This document shows positions 1 to 10,481 of a DNA stretch of 13,738 nt, piece after piece. The position numbers were made by a program, and so were the translations under genes. The stretch comes from Octopus sinensis (taxonomy: Eukaryota), in contig NW_021824051.1 of assembly GCF_006345805.1 (NCBI RefSeq), positions 1 through 13,738 of the forward strand, given 5' to 3'. Below the pieces are notes generated by a model. That model ran no database searches. It had not been told where the DNA came from and saw nothing but the letters and a program-made list of their open reading frames with translations. Within the stretch, counting starts at the first letter, position 1, and each line of letters starts with the position of its first letter.

Positions 1-170
1 CATTTTAAGTATTTCACGGTTCTTAACGTGGGTGGTACAGCCACTAAAGGGGTACTGGGTATGTCTAACAGGGAGTTACACATTAGCGGGTGGTGAGTGG
101 GGAAGGGGAAAGTGAAGTAACATAACACACTAAATTTTACCTGTGGTGGTAATTATATTTTATCATGTGA

Positions 171-494
171 AAAGGGTAGATTCCCTTCGGTCATGACAGA
201 CCATGGGATTGCACCTAGAAAGTTCCCCTCCCAGGCACAAATCTAGGCAAGGTTGTTTATGGAAGACCAGCAATCGCCTATGCACACCAACCTCTTTTCT
301 CCACGCCACCGATGTCATCCAAAGGAAAGGCAAAGGTTGGTACGAGTGATGTTGCAACTCGTTTCTACAACTGAGAGAGCTGGAACAAGGTGAAAATAAA
401 GTGTCTTGCTCAAGAATACAACACACAGCCTGGTCTGGGAATCGAACTCACTACTTCATGATTGTGAGCCCGACGCTCTTACCACTGAGCCATG
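171..494 (-). mobile_element. tRNA-derived SINE, near full length (octopus OR-type-like)
   Basis: Minus strand starts CATGGCTCAGTGGTAAGAGCG, with a Pol III A box TGGCTCAGTGG (482-492) and B box GTTCGATTCC (438-447). These are followed by TGTGTTGTATTCTTGAGCAAGACACTT and a body ending GACCGAAGGGAATCTACCCTTT. Family assignment is from memory of octopus SINE consensi. Confidence 0.85.
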
Positions 495-727
495 ATAAAA
501 CTAGTAACAGTTATTAAATTAAAATGAGATCTCATCAGACACAGCAAAGTCGTTAACTTGCAATGTATAAAGTAAATATACAACTTTAGCCTTTATCAAT
601 TTTTATCATTTCACTATCAAAATCCCACTCAAATTTTTAAATATTCTTCCATATTAAATTAGTTTAATCGTGATACCTCGCTCGCCACTTAGGTAGGCAC
701 TAGGCATAACATAAATGGTGAAAAACC

Positions 728-945
728 ACTGTTTTACTGGTTTTAGTCATGGAACTGCAGCCATACTAGGGCACCGCTTTGAAAGATTTTCTCCGTTAAA
801 ATCGACCCCGCTTCTTATTCTATCGGTGTCTTTTACCGAAGTGTTAAGTTACGAGGACCGAATAAAACAAAACAGCCTCGGTTGTCAAGCGATGATGGTG
901 ATGGAGACAAACAAATACTCATATGCACGAATATAAACACATACA
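728..945 (-). mobile_element. Diverged 3' half of a tRNA-derived SINE (same family as 11351-11718)
   Basis: Reverse complement reads CATCGCTTGACAACCGAGGCTG...CGTAACTTAACACTTCGGTAAAAGACACCGATAGAATAAG...GGGGTCGATTT...AAAGCGGTGCCCTAGTATGGCTGCAG...ATGACTAAAACCAGTAAAA. This is colinear with the SINE at 11559-11710. Confidence 0.85.
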
Positions 946-974
946 TTGCCATAAACGCATATAATATATATACA

Positions 975-1023
<49 letters not shown>
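975..1023. repeat. (TG)n microsatellite
   Basis: Near-perfect TG run visible directly. Confidence 0.97.
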
Positions 1024-1026
<3 letters not shown>

Positions 1027-1234
1027 GTTGGTTATCGCAACAGTTACCGTCTATTAATTTCCTTTATAGAAGCAATGGTTATCTCGCAGCTATAGACAGA
1101 ATCAAGAAAGAAGAGGTTGTTAAGTGAACTTATGAACTATAATCAGAAGTTAGATGTAAAATCGTGGATCATCCACGTGAATTATGAAACTGCTGGGAAT
1201 TCATGATGCAACACTGTTATCCTTTATGTTCGCA

Positions 1235-1614
1235 CTAGCAGTATCGCCCGGCGTTGCTCGGGTTTGTAAGGGAAATAACTATATAAGCATTTTTAGAGAT
1301 GTAAAGTATAATAGCCATCTCAATATGGCTAACCACAAAGGGGGGAGGTGTTACTGTAGCTTTTTACGTTCTGAGATTTAATAATAAATTTTTAGAGAGT
1401 TACTCCCCTTATATATGCCAAAAATGCATTAAAAATGGGAAAAATTGATGGTAAATTTTTTTTTAAATCGTAGACTCATCGTAGACGTGCTCGATATGAA
1501 TCACGACTATAAGATACCCGGTTTTGGTTAAACTGCACCGCAAAATGTGGGAGTAGTTAGGAATCTTAATCGTAGGAGACAGACAGCACACAACCTCACT
1601 TTTATATATAAAGA
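1235..1614 (-). mobile_element. Non-autonomous Helitron (380 bp)
   Basis: On the minus strand the element begins TCTTTATATATAAAAGTGAGG (5'-TC) and ends CCCGAGCAACGCCGGG-CGATACTG-CTAG (GC-rich hairpin 8 nt before the 3'-CTAG). It is inserted between A and T (plus a1234/t1615) with no TSD. A short (GTCT)n lies near the 5' end. Confidence 0.88.
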
Positions 1615-1654
1615 TTAGAGAAAATATTTTACTAGTATGTAAATTGGCGATTTC

Positions 1655-1693
1655 AGAGAGGGGGAGGAGAGAGAGAGAGAGAGAGAGAGAGAG
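1655..1693. repeat. (GA)n microsatellite
   Basis: GA run with a short G interruption. Confidence 0.95.
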
Positions 1694-2105
1694 CTTCATC
1701 AATATCCAATATACTTAAATTCACAGCCCAAAGGGATAGAAACCAGAAATTATAACAAATTCTAATATTTCTGCTAATTGCGCCGTCTTCGAGCAAACAA
1801 GAAATATTTATATATTTTGTAACTAGCGTATTGGTTACTATTCAGTTTTGTAATTAGCGTATCAGTTCCTGCATTTCGGAGAATTGATTTTTGTATCTAA
1901 ACAACACTGTGAAAAGGGTAAAAGCTATTGCAAAAACAATTCAAACATTTTGCAAAACTGTTCCAACAGGAAGCAAGCAAGCAAACTTTTGAAATATCAT
2001 TAAAATCATGTTCCATTTAAGAATAAAACACGAAAAAAATATTTAACACTCACAAAAAAAAAAAATTAATGTTGAATTAAAATATCGAATATCACTGATA
2101 GCAGT

Positions 2106-2179
2106 ACATACACATACATACACATATATATATATTTACATACATACATACACACACACATATATATGTATATATATAC

Positions 2180-2223
<44 letters not shown>

Positions 2224-2228
2224 GTATG

Positions 2229-2273
<45 letters not shown>

Positions 2274-2424
2274 TATACATATATACATACATGCATGCAT
2301 GCATACATATATATACATGTATTCTTACATATGTATTATGTTACAATCTGTATGTATGCATGTATGTATGCATGTATGTAATGTATGTATGTATTTATCT
2401 GTAAGTGTTTGTCTATGTGTGTGT
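2106..2424. repeat. Compound (TA)n/(TACA)n/(TATG)n/(TG)n microsatellite
   Basis: Directly visible. It accounts for the Y/I/V/C-rich ORFs at 2066-2499. Confidence 0.95.
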
Positions 2425-2640
2425 GTGTCTTTGTGTTTGTATTGTCCTGCATCACTGCTTGCCAACCGGTGTCGGTTTGTTAATGTTCCCATGGATTAGC
2501 GATTCAGCAATAAGACATCGATACAATGAATACAATGCTTAAAAAATTTACAAAGGTCAGTTTGTTCAATTAAATCCTTCAAAGTGGTGCCCCAGCATGG
2601 CCACAGTCCAATGACTGAAACAAGTAAAAGATAAAAGATA
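2425..2640 (+). mobile_element. Diverged 3' half of a tRNA-derived SINE; founder of the downstream array
   Basis: CTGCTTGCCAACCGGTGTCGGTTTG...TTAGCGATTCAGCAATAAGACATCGATACAATGAATAC...GTGGTGCCCCAGCATGGCCACAGTCCAATGACTGAAACAAGTAAAAGATAAAAGATA is colinear with the SINE 3' halves at 728-945 and 11559-11718. Confidence 0.85.
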
Positions 2641-4762
2641 TACTGGGATTGATTTGTTCAACTAAAGCCTTTCAAGGTGGTGCCCCAGCATGGCCACAGT
2701 CCAATGACTGAAACAAGTAAAAGATGAAAAGATATACTGGGATTGATTTGTTCAACTAAAACCCTTCAAGGTGGTGCCCCAGCATGGCCACAGTCCAATG
2801 ACTGATGAAACAAGTAAAAGATAAAAGATATACTGGGATTGATTTGTTCAACTAAAACCCTTCAAGGTGGTGCCCCAGCATGGCCACAGTCCAATGACTG
2901 CAACAAGTAAAAGATAAAAGATATACTGGGATTGATTTGTTCAACTAAAACCCTTCAAGGTGCTGCCCCAGCATGGCCACAGTCCAATGACTGAAACAAG
3001 TAAAAGATAAAAGATATACTGGGATTGATTTGTTCAACTAAAACCCTTCAAGGTGCTGCCCCAGCATGGCCACAGTCCAATGACTGAAACAAGTAAAAGA
3101 TAAAAGATATACTGGGATTGATTTGTTCAACTAAAACCCTTCAAGGTGCTGCCCCAGCATGGCCACAGTCCAATGACTGAAACAAGTAAAAGATAAAAGA
3201 TATACTGGGATTGATTTGTTCAACTAAAACCCTTCAAGGTGCTGCCCCAGCATGGCCACAGTCCAATGACTGAAACAAGTAAAAGATAAAAGATATACTG
3301 GGATTGATTTGTTCAACTAAAACCCTTCAAGGTGGTGCCCCAGCATGGCCACAGTCCAATGACTGAAACAAGTAAAAGATAAAAGATATACTGGATTGAT
3401 TTGTTCAACTAAAACCCTTCAAGGTGCTGCCCCAGCATGGCCACAGTCCAATGACTGAAACAAGTAAAAGATAAAAGATATACTGGGATTGATTTGTTCA
3501 ACTAAAACCCTTCAAGGTGGTGCCCCAGCATGGCCACAGTCCAATGACTGAAACAAGTAAAAGATAAAAGATATATGGGATTGATTTGTTCAACTAAAAC
3601 CCTTCAAGGTGCTGCCCCAGCATGGCCACAGTCCAATGACTGAACAAAACAGTAAAAGATAAAAGATATACTGGGATTGATTTGTTCAACTAAAACCCTT
3701 CAAGGTGGTGCCCCAGCATGGCCACAGTCCAATGATGAAACAAGTAAAAGATAAAAATATACTGGGATTGATTTGTTCAACTAAAACCCTTCAAGGTGGT
3801 GCCCCAGCATGGCCACAGTCCAATGACTGAAACAAGTAAAAGATAAAAGATATACTGGGATTGATTTGTTCAACTAAAACCTTCAAGGTGGTGCCCCAGC
3901 ATGGCCACAGTCCAATGACTGAAACAAGTAAAAGATAAAAGATATACTGGGATTGATTTGTTCAACTAAAACCCTTCAAGGTGCTGCCCCAGCATGGCCA
4001 CAGTCCAATGACTGAAACAAGTAAAAGATAAAAGATATACTGGGATTGATTTGTTCAACTAAACCCTTCAAGGTGGTGCCCCAGCATGGCCACAGTCCAA
4101 TGACTGAAACAAGTAAAAGATAAAAGATATACTGGGATTGATTTGTTCAACTAAAACCCTTCAAGGTGGTGCCCCAGCATGGCCACAGTCCAATGACTGA
4201 AACAAGTAAAAGATAAAAGATATACTGGGATTGATTTGTTCAACTAAAACCCTTCAAGGTGGTGCCCCAGCATGGCCACAGTGCAATGACTGAAACAAGT
4301 AAAAGATAAAAGATATACTGGGATTGATTTGTTCAACTAAAACCCTTCAAGGTGGTGCCCCAGCATGGCCACAGTCCAATGACTGAAACAAGTAAAAGAT
4401 AAAAGATATACTGGGATTGATTTGTTCAACTAAAACCTTCAAGGTGGTGCCCCAGCATGGCCACAGTCCAATGACTGAAACAAGTAAAAGATAAAAGATA
4501 TACTGGGATTGATTTGTTCAACTAAAACCCTTCAAGGTGGTGCCCCAGCATGGCCACAGTCCAATGACTGAAACAAGTAAAAGATAAAAGATATACTGGG
4601 ATTGATTTGTTCAACTAAAACCCTTCAAGGTGGTGCCCCAGCATGGCCACAGTCCAATGACTGAAACAAGTAAAAGATAAAAGATATACTGGGATTGATT
4701 TGTTCAACTAAAATCCTTCATGGTGGTGCCCCAGCATGGCCACAGTCCAATGACTGAAACAA
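2641..4762 (+). repeat. Tandem array of 23 copies of a 93-bp unit derived from the SINE 3' tail
   Basis: Unit: TACTGGGATTGATTTGTTCAACTAAAACCCTTCAAGGTG(G/C)TGCCCCAGCATGGCCACAGTCCAATGACTGAAACAAGTAAAAGATAAAAGATA. Unit starts are 2641, 2735, 2831, 2924, 3017, 3110, 3203, 3296, 3389, 3481, 3574, 3669, 3760, 3853, 3945, 4038, 4130, 4223, 4316, 4409, 4501, 4594 and 4687. There are no variable spacers, and all six frames contain stops. Confidence 0.97.
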
Positions 4763-4780
4763 TCAAATGCTGAAAGATAA

Positions 4781-4868
4781 TATAGTGTAGTGCCTTTCCC
4801 AGAAACACAACGCAACATGGAAATTCGAACTTCTGAACAAATAATCGCAAATCTATCCATTTAGCCAT
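4781..4868 (-). mobile_element. Degenerate tRNA-like SINE head
   Basis: Minus strand ATGGCTAAATGGATAG...GAAGTTCGAATTTCC...GTTGTGTTTCTGGGAAAGGCACTACACTATA has A-box-like and B-box-like motifs plus the usual post-tRNA motif of these SINEs, but is heavily mutated. Confidence 0.5.
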
Positions 4869-5140
4869 TTTACTTAGCAACCAATTATTCCCCCGTTAAA
4901 AAAACAAAAAAGTCAATGAACCCGTAATCACACAGATAAAAATGAAATAAACATAGATAATGGATTTCTAGAAATATACCATTATATATGCTATGAATAA
5001 TTTATAGTGTTGCACTTGTTCTGAAACGAGTGTTACTATCTGATGAGTTTTTACCGATTTCATATTCTTCGGATGTTTCAATTTAGTAACATACAATATA
5101 TGGCTTACCATCTATTATAACCTATCAAATTTTGCTATAA

Positions 5141-5241
5141 TATTAATATATATATATTATATATTCATATCTCTATAATGATATATTCTCTCTTTCTCTC
5201 TCTTATTCTACCTGCCTCCTCTCTCTCTCTACTCACTCTCT

Positions 5242-5284
<43 letters not shown>

Positions 5285-5432
5285 ATATATATATATATAT
5301 ACACATACATATATATTACTGAGCGTTATACGAATACATCTGTTTGTTTGTACAACACTTGTCTTCGTCTTTTATTTTTTCGTAAACTCTCCCTATATAT
5401 ATATATATCTATAGATATATATATATATATAC

Positions 5433-5478
<46 letters not shown>

Positions 5479-5525
5479 GAATATATATATAAGTATATAT
5501 ATTATATATATATATATATATATAG

Positions 5526-5550
<25 letters not shown>
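5141..5550. repeat. (TA)n/(CT)n microsatellite tract hosting retroelement ends
   Basis: Directly visible TA and CT runs, interrupted at 5319-5393. Confidence 0.92.
5319..5393 (+). mobile_element. Short 3'-terminal fragment of a putative PLE-type repeat in (TA)n
   Basis: CTGAGCGTTATACGAATACATC...TTTTTTCGTAAACTCTCCC followed by (TA)n. It shares CTGAGCGT...AATACA with the minus-strand element at 12100-12348 and a CCC|TATA end with 7527-8076. Confidence 0.45.
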
Positions 5551-5556
<6 letters not shown>

Positions 5557-6181
5557 TATATAGAAGGAGCTTCTACAGGACTAGAACTGTTCATTCAAGA
5601 GAAATCTTCAGGAAGCTAGTTAACAAGAATTGTATTGGCATTTATACATTTAGGCATGTTTAAAGAGGTGTTGGTGGGGGACTTTTTGGGGGTAGGCATA
5701 GCGCAAAATATCATACTTGGGGGGAGTGGTCAAGGAGTCAGTATTAAATTAGATAGAAGAATAAATAAAAAAATAAAAAAATAAAAAAAATATATAAAAA
5801 ATATATATAAAAAAAAAAGAGAATAGAGTTTTAGGTAAATAGGGAGATTCTCACTTATACCTATGCACATATGTATACATATATAACACACACAAACGTA
5901 CATACATATACATACACACATACATACACACACACATATATACATAATATACACCCTTACACATACATATCCATATCTACACATACACATATATGTATAC
6001 ATACACACACTCACACATGCATACCGTATACACACATGTATATATACACACACGACCACACATACATATACACACAGAAAAATATATATACACATACACA
6101 CACATACTCACATACACGCATACACACACATATCCACACACACACATGCACACACAGCACACTAGTCCCTATATACACATA
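5551..6181 (-). repeat. Left arm of long inverted repeat (pseudo-LTR-like 3' end)
   Basis: Reverse complement of 10482-11133, from ATTTATTATATAGAAGGAGCTTC to CCCTATATACACATA. The match includes the irregular microsatellite pattern, with only scattered indels and a few substitutions. Confidence 0.95.
5568..5617 (-). ncRNA. Type I hammerhead ribozyme motif (left arm copy)
   Basis: Minus strand: AGCTTC CTGAAGA TTTCTCTTGAAT GA ACAG TTCTAGTC CTGT A GAAGCT. It is the same fold as 11067-11116 but with one A missing from GAAA (real lesion or homopolymer error). Confidence 0.55.
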
Positions 6182-6225
6182 TATACACATACACACATAT
6201 ATACACACACATACATATACATACA

Positions 6226-6256
<31 letters not shown>

Positions 6257-7145
6257 CATATGTGTACCTATGCATACCTACACATACAAATACAGACCCA
6301 TTCCCTAATTTTAATTTTATTATCTTCATTTATTACTTTTGTTATCTTTGATCGCTGGTCACAAACATCTTGGCTATGACAGCCAGTCCATTTATCTGTC
6401 TACTGGAAAACAAAAGCACTCATTTACTCACGCACACTTTAGCACGTACACTCACTCATTCGTACACTCATACACATACACACGCACGCACGCGTTATAT
6501 TCATACATACATACATCTACATACATTCACGTATATACACATACGTACGCGTACCTACAGATTCATCTACACTCCTAGAAGCTAGTCTATACAATACACC
6601 AATAAATATAAATACACACACATACATATACACCTACATACAAATACATACATGTATATATATATATATAGATATATACATACACATCCACATATATATA
6701 CATACATAGATATTATATATATATATATATATAATTACATTATAACATACATATATATTATACATATACACACATACACATACATACATATACACACATA
6801 CACATACATACGTATACATACATACATACATCCATACATCCATACATACATACATTTATACACATACACACACCCACACGTATACATATACGTACATATA
6901 TATACGCGCATGCATACACATACAAATACATACACATACGCATATACATATACATACATACACATACACACACACACACTTGCCTCCTTATATTCATACT
7001 TACATGCATACTCAAAAAATAAGTAAATAGTAAAATATATATACGCGCAGTTATTCATACATGCATACTCAAAAAATAAATAATAAATATTAAGTATATG
7101 TACGTGCAGTTACCTATATATAGACGGATACATACATATAACTTA

Positions 7146-7238
<93 letters not shown>

Positions 7239-7470
7239 CATATATACACACATATTATTAAATATACATATACATATATATATACGCACACACATATACA
7301 CACATATATATATATAATATATACATACTTACACACATGTACAAATACATACACACATAGATAACTCTACGTACCTACATATACATAAACACACGGGCGT
7401 ACACGTATATGTACATATACACATACACATACACACGCATATATATACATACATACATACACATACACAC

Positions 7471-7505
<35 letters not shown>

Positions 7506-8359
7506 CATATACATATATATATATATCAGCAAAAGGCTTCTTCGTTCGTCCCCTTGTGTGGTTGATTTCCTGTATAGTATTCTTGTTATTTTCTCGTTTT
7601 GTAACTAATTGTACTTTTTGTACATGTATTTTTATTTTTGCAGTTTTATTGTTTGTCTATGCCAGAAAAAAGGCTTTTTCGTTCGTCCTCTTGTGTTTGT
7701 TTTTGTACATGTATTTTAATTTTGCAGTCTTATTGTTACGTCTTGTTTGTGTTCGTACTCATTGTGCCCCGCTGCTTGAAATTTTATTTTATTCTCTCGC
7801 AGGAAGGCCTATTGGATTAGTGTTCTGTTATGCCTTCGAAACATGCCTGACTCCTCTAGCGACAGCTGATGACGGGGGTTTTGTCTGTGTAGCTCGTCCG
7901 TATTTGTTTTTCGTTTTCCGTTTTCTTGTTTTTTATTTTTGGCTTTTTCCGTTTCTACGTCTTATTGTGATGTCCTGTACTCCGTATAATTATTTATATA
8001 TGCATGTATATATACATGTAGATGTAGGTACGTACATATATGTTTGTATGTATGCATATATTTTTATTTATCTCCCTATATATTATATAATAACATATAC
8101 ACACACACATATACATGTGTGCAAACATACATACATACTCATACACGCACACACACTTACAATACATATATACACACACTAACACATATATTACATACAC
8201 ATATACATACATAATACATACATACATATATGCATACATCCACACACACATATATATATACATACATACACATACACATACCTATACAATATATACACAC
8301 ATATATACACATGCACATACTTATATCTCTACATACTCCATATACATACATATATAGAT

Positions 8360-8420
<61 letters not shown>

Positions 8421-8821
8421 TACAGATATATTATATATATATATATATATACATACATACATACACATATACATACATGTACATATACATATACATACAC
8501 ACATATACACACACATACATATATCAACAATTGAGGGTAAAGTTAATTAGTTATTAATCAGTTTCACCAAGTATTCAGTATGTAAAAGGACCATTATTTT
8601 TTGAGTAAATAATGTTTGAGGGAAAATATCTCTAAGTAGTGGAATAGGCTAAAAAACTTTTTTGGCTGCTATTTCTAGAAAGTTCAGTATGTGGCAAAGT
8701 AATTTATTTTACTAAGCCCTAATTATATAATATTTTATACATACGTACACATACATACACACATACATATACACATACATGTGCATACACACATATATAC
8801 ATATATACATACATACATATA

Positions 8822-8852
<31 letters not shown>

Positions 8853-9073
8853 GCACATACATATACATATATATATATATATTTTTACATACATACACAC
8901 ACACACACGCATAATACATGCGTATATTCCTACTATACCCATACATTTCTATACATATATACGATACACATATACAGGCGTGCACATACAATATGTGAAA
9001 GGTCTTAGGAGAAAAGGTAAACGGGGGTGCTAGGGGAACGGTGGAATTGGGGAGTTTTGTGGGTGGGGTGTCA
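6182..9073. repeat. Compound (CA)/(TA)/(TACA) low-complexity region with unique islands (putative long PLE 3' UTR)
   Basis: Microsatellite mosaics directly visible. Non-repetitive islands lie at about 6290-6460, 6555-6610, 6980-7130, 7527-8076, 8524-8725 and 8990-9073. Confidence 0.8.
7527..8076 (+). mobile_element. Nested 550-bp repeat fragment of opposite polarity in (TA)n, probably a PLE-type terminus
   Basis: T/TG-rich on plus while its surroundings are CA-rich, and flanked by (TA)n on both sides. It ends ATCTCCC|TATA, carries GAAAC...CTGATGA at 7838-7872, and has an internal duplication (7531-7660 vs 7667-7738). Confidence 0.55.
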
Positions 9074-10480
9074 TCAATCTGGTTGCCGGGTAGGTCTATA
9101 GTTCTTGTAGTTCGCATACTTCTTATGCATGCAATTTGGGGAGTGTTCTGAGATTTTGTTAAGGAGAGGGCCTTTGGCGAACAAGATCTCTAGGCTCTCC
9201 GATATGCAGAGGTCACAGCAGGTATGGCCTCCTGTGTACGAGCGCGCCTTCTGTAGTAGTTTCCACTTGGTCTTGAAGGGGATGGAGTTCCTTTTAAGGT
9301 ACCAGATGTGGGCGGCGAGGGTAGTTTGGTTGGATTTATCCTGTCGCCGGAACGAGTGTGTGTGTGCGTACCAACGGTCTTAAAGCTGTTTGAGTCATTC
9401 CGATGTAGGATTTTCTTTTATCGTCAGGGCCTGATCTTACCTCGCATGTATATACTAGGTCCCTCTGTAGGCAGTTGTTGTTGAGGGGGCAGGTGGTTTT
9501 ATCAGGGCAGTTGCAATTGCTATCGGACATTGGATGGGCCTCGGAAAAAGTAGATATGTTAAGTTTTTTCACATTGTTGTTGGCTAGGTTCCTGGCTAGA
9601 TTGGGCGTGGTAGAGTAGGAGAATCTAATAGTGTTCTTATTTAGTATAGTGTAGTACTTATGTTGGGTGGGGAAGTGTTTCTGTAGGAGAGTGAAGAAGA
9701 TTTTAGCTACAGTGTAGCGACCTCACGGTTGAAGGGGGGGTTGTACCAGCTAATGTGTCTTCGTCTATTTTCCTGGGTTGGCGTGGGGCTATACTAGTAT
9801 AGGTAATCTTCTTTAAAGCACTGCGGGCCAGGGCCTCGTTGTAATAGGGGGCTGCGGCCTTAAAGATATCTTCCGTGGCGGACAGGCTAGAAATTCTAAT
9901 TGAGACACTTTTTACTAGGTTATCTAATATATTTTTGGGGTGGTTGGAATTAATATCTATATATCTAAGGGATTCATTGGTTTGTGGTACGGGTAATAAA
10001 GTGAGGTTTTTAAGTCGAGGGTGACATCAAGGAAGTTAGCTTTTGTTAAGTTGGATTCTAAGGTAATCCTAAGGCCTAAGTTTTAAAGAAGGTGTAAAGA
10101 TTTTTCCGGAACCCATCCGTGGTCCTGGGGTTTATTTTGGGAGGGCGAAAAGGCCGTCATCGCGGTAAAGACCACCGGAGAGGCCTGTGAATAGGGTTTT
10201 CAGCCTATGGAGGATGAAAAGCCAACTAGGTCACTATTTCAGCAGAGTCGTTAGCACCCATGCTGACGTCGAAGGGGGTCACAGATTTTTTGTTGATCCA
10301 GTGGGATCCGTCATAGAAAAGAAAAGTCTTACGTGCGTGGAGGATCACATCTTGCTCGGCCTCGGTGATGGTGGAGGACCTCCTGGCGAAGTTAATCGCG
10401 TCGATCAGCAAGCTCTCCGATATGGAGGCGTAGTAATCCTCGATATCCAGTTGTAGGAATCGGGTGTTTGCTTTTGTCAG
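9074..10480 (-). pseudogene. 5'-truncated, frameshifted Penelope-like reverse transcriptase + C-terminal GIY-YIG endonuclease
   Basis: Manual translation across about ten 1-2 nt deletions: FLQLDIEDYYASI (RT motif A), FDVSMGANDSAEIV-DLVG (motif B'), GLYRDDGL (motif C; YRDDG at 10153-10167), NFLDVTLDL, YIDINSNHP, WYNPPFN, CNCPDKTTCPLNNNCLQRDLVY...YIGMTQTAF-KDRWYAH (YIG at 9399-9407), CDLCISE, LLNKISEHSPNCMH, then stop TGA at 9074-9076. Confidence 0.93.
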
Positions 10481-10481
10481 G

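Noticed and set aside
15-80. Possible hAT/MITE terminus CACGGTTCTTAACGTGGGTGGTAC
   Set aside because: It resembles CAGTGGTTCTCAAC-type TIRs, but I found no partner TIR or 8-bp TSD in the window.
1815-1862. 17-bp direct repeat TTTTGTAA(C/T)TAGCGTAT at 31-bp spacing
   Set aside because: Only two short AT-rich copies, consistent with ordinary local duplication.
2641-4762. CRISPR-like regular repeat array
   Set aside because: There are no unique spacers and no cas genes. The whole 93-bp unit repeats and is homologous to the SINE tail.
2641-4762. Coding repeat (93 bp = 31 codons)
   Set aside because: Every one of the six frames of the unit contains a stop codon.
8550-8585. Hammerhead-like CTGAATA...GAAAC on the minus strand
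   Set aside because: The core has a G-to-T change and I could not build stems II or III.
10187-10456. Plus-strand 89-aa ORF (and 9129-9383)
   Set aside because: Antisense shadows of the RT/GIY-YIG coding strand.
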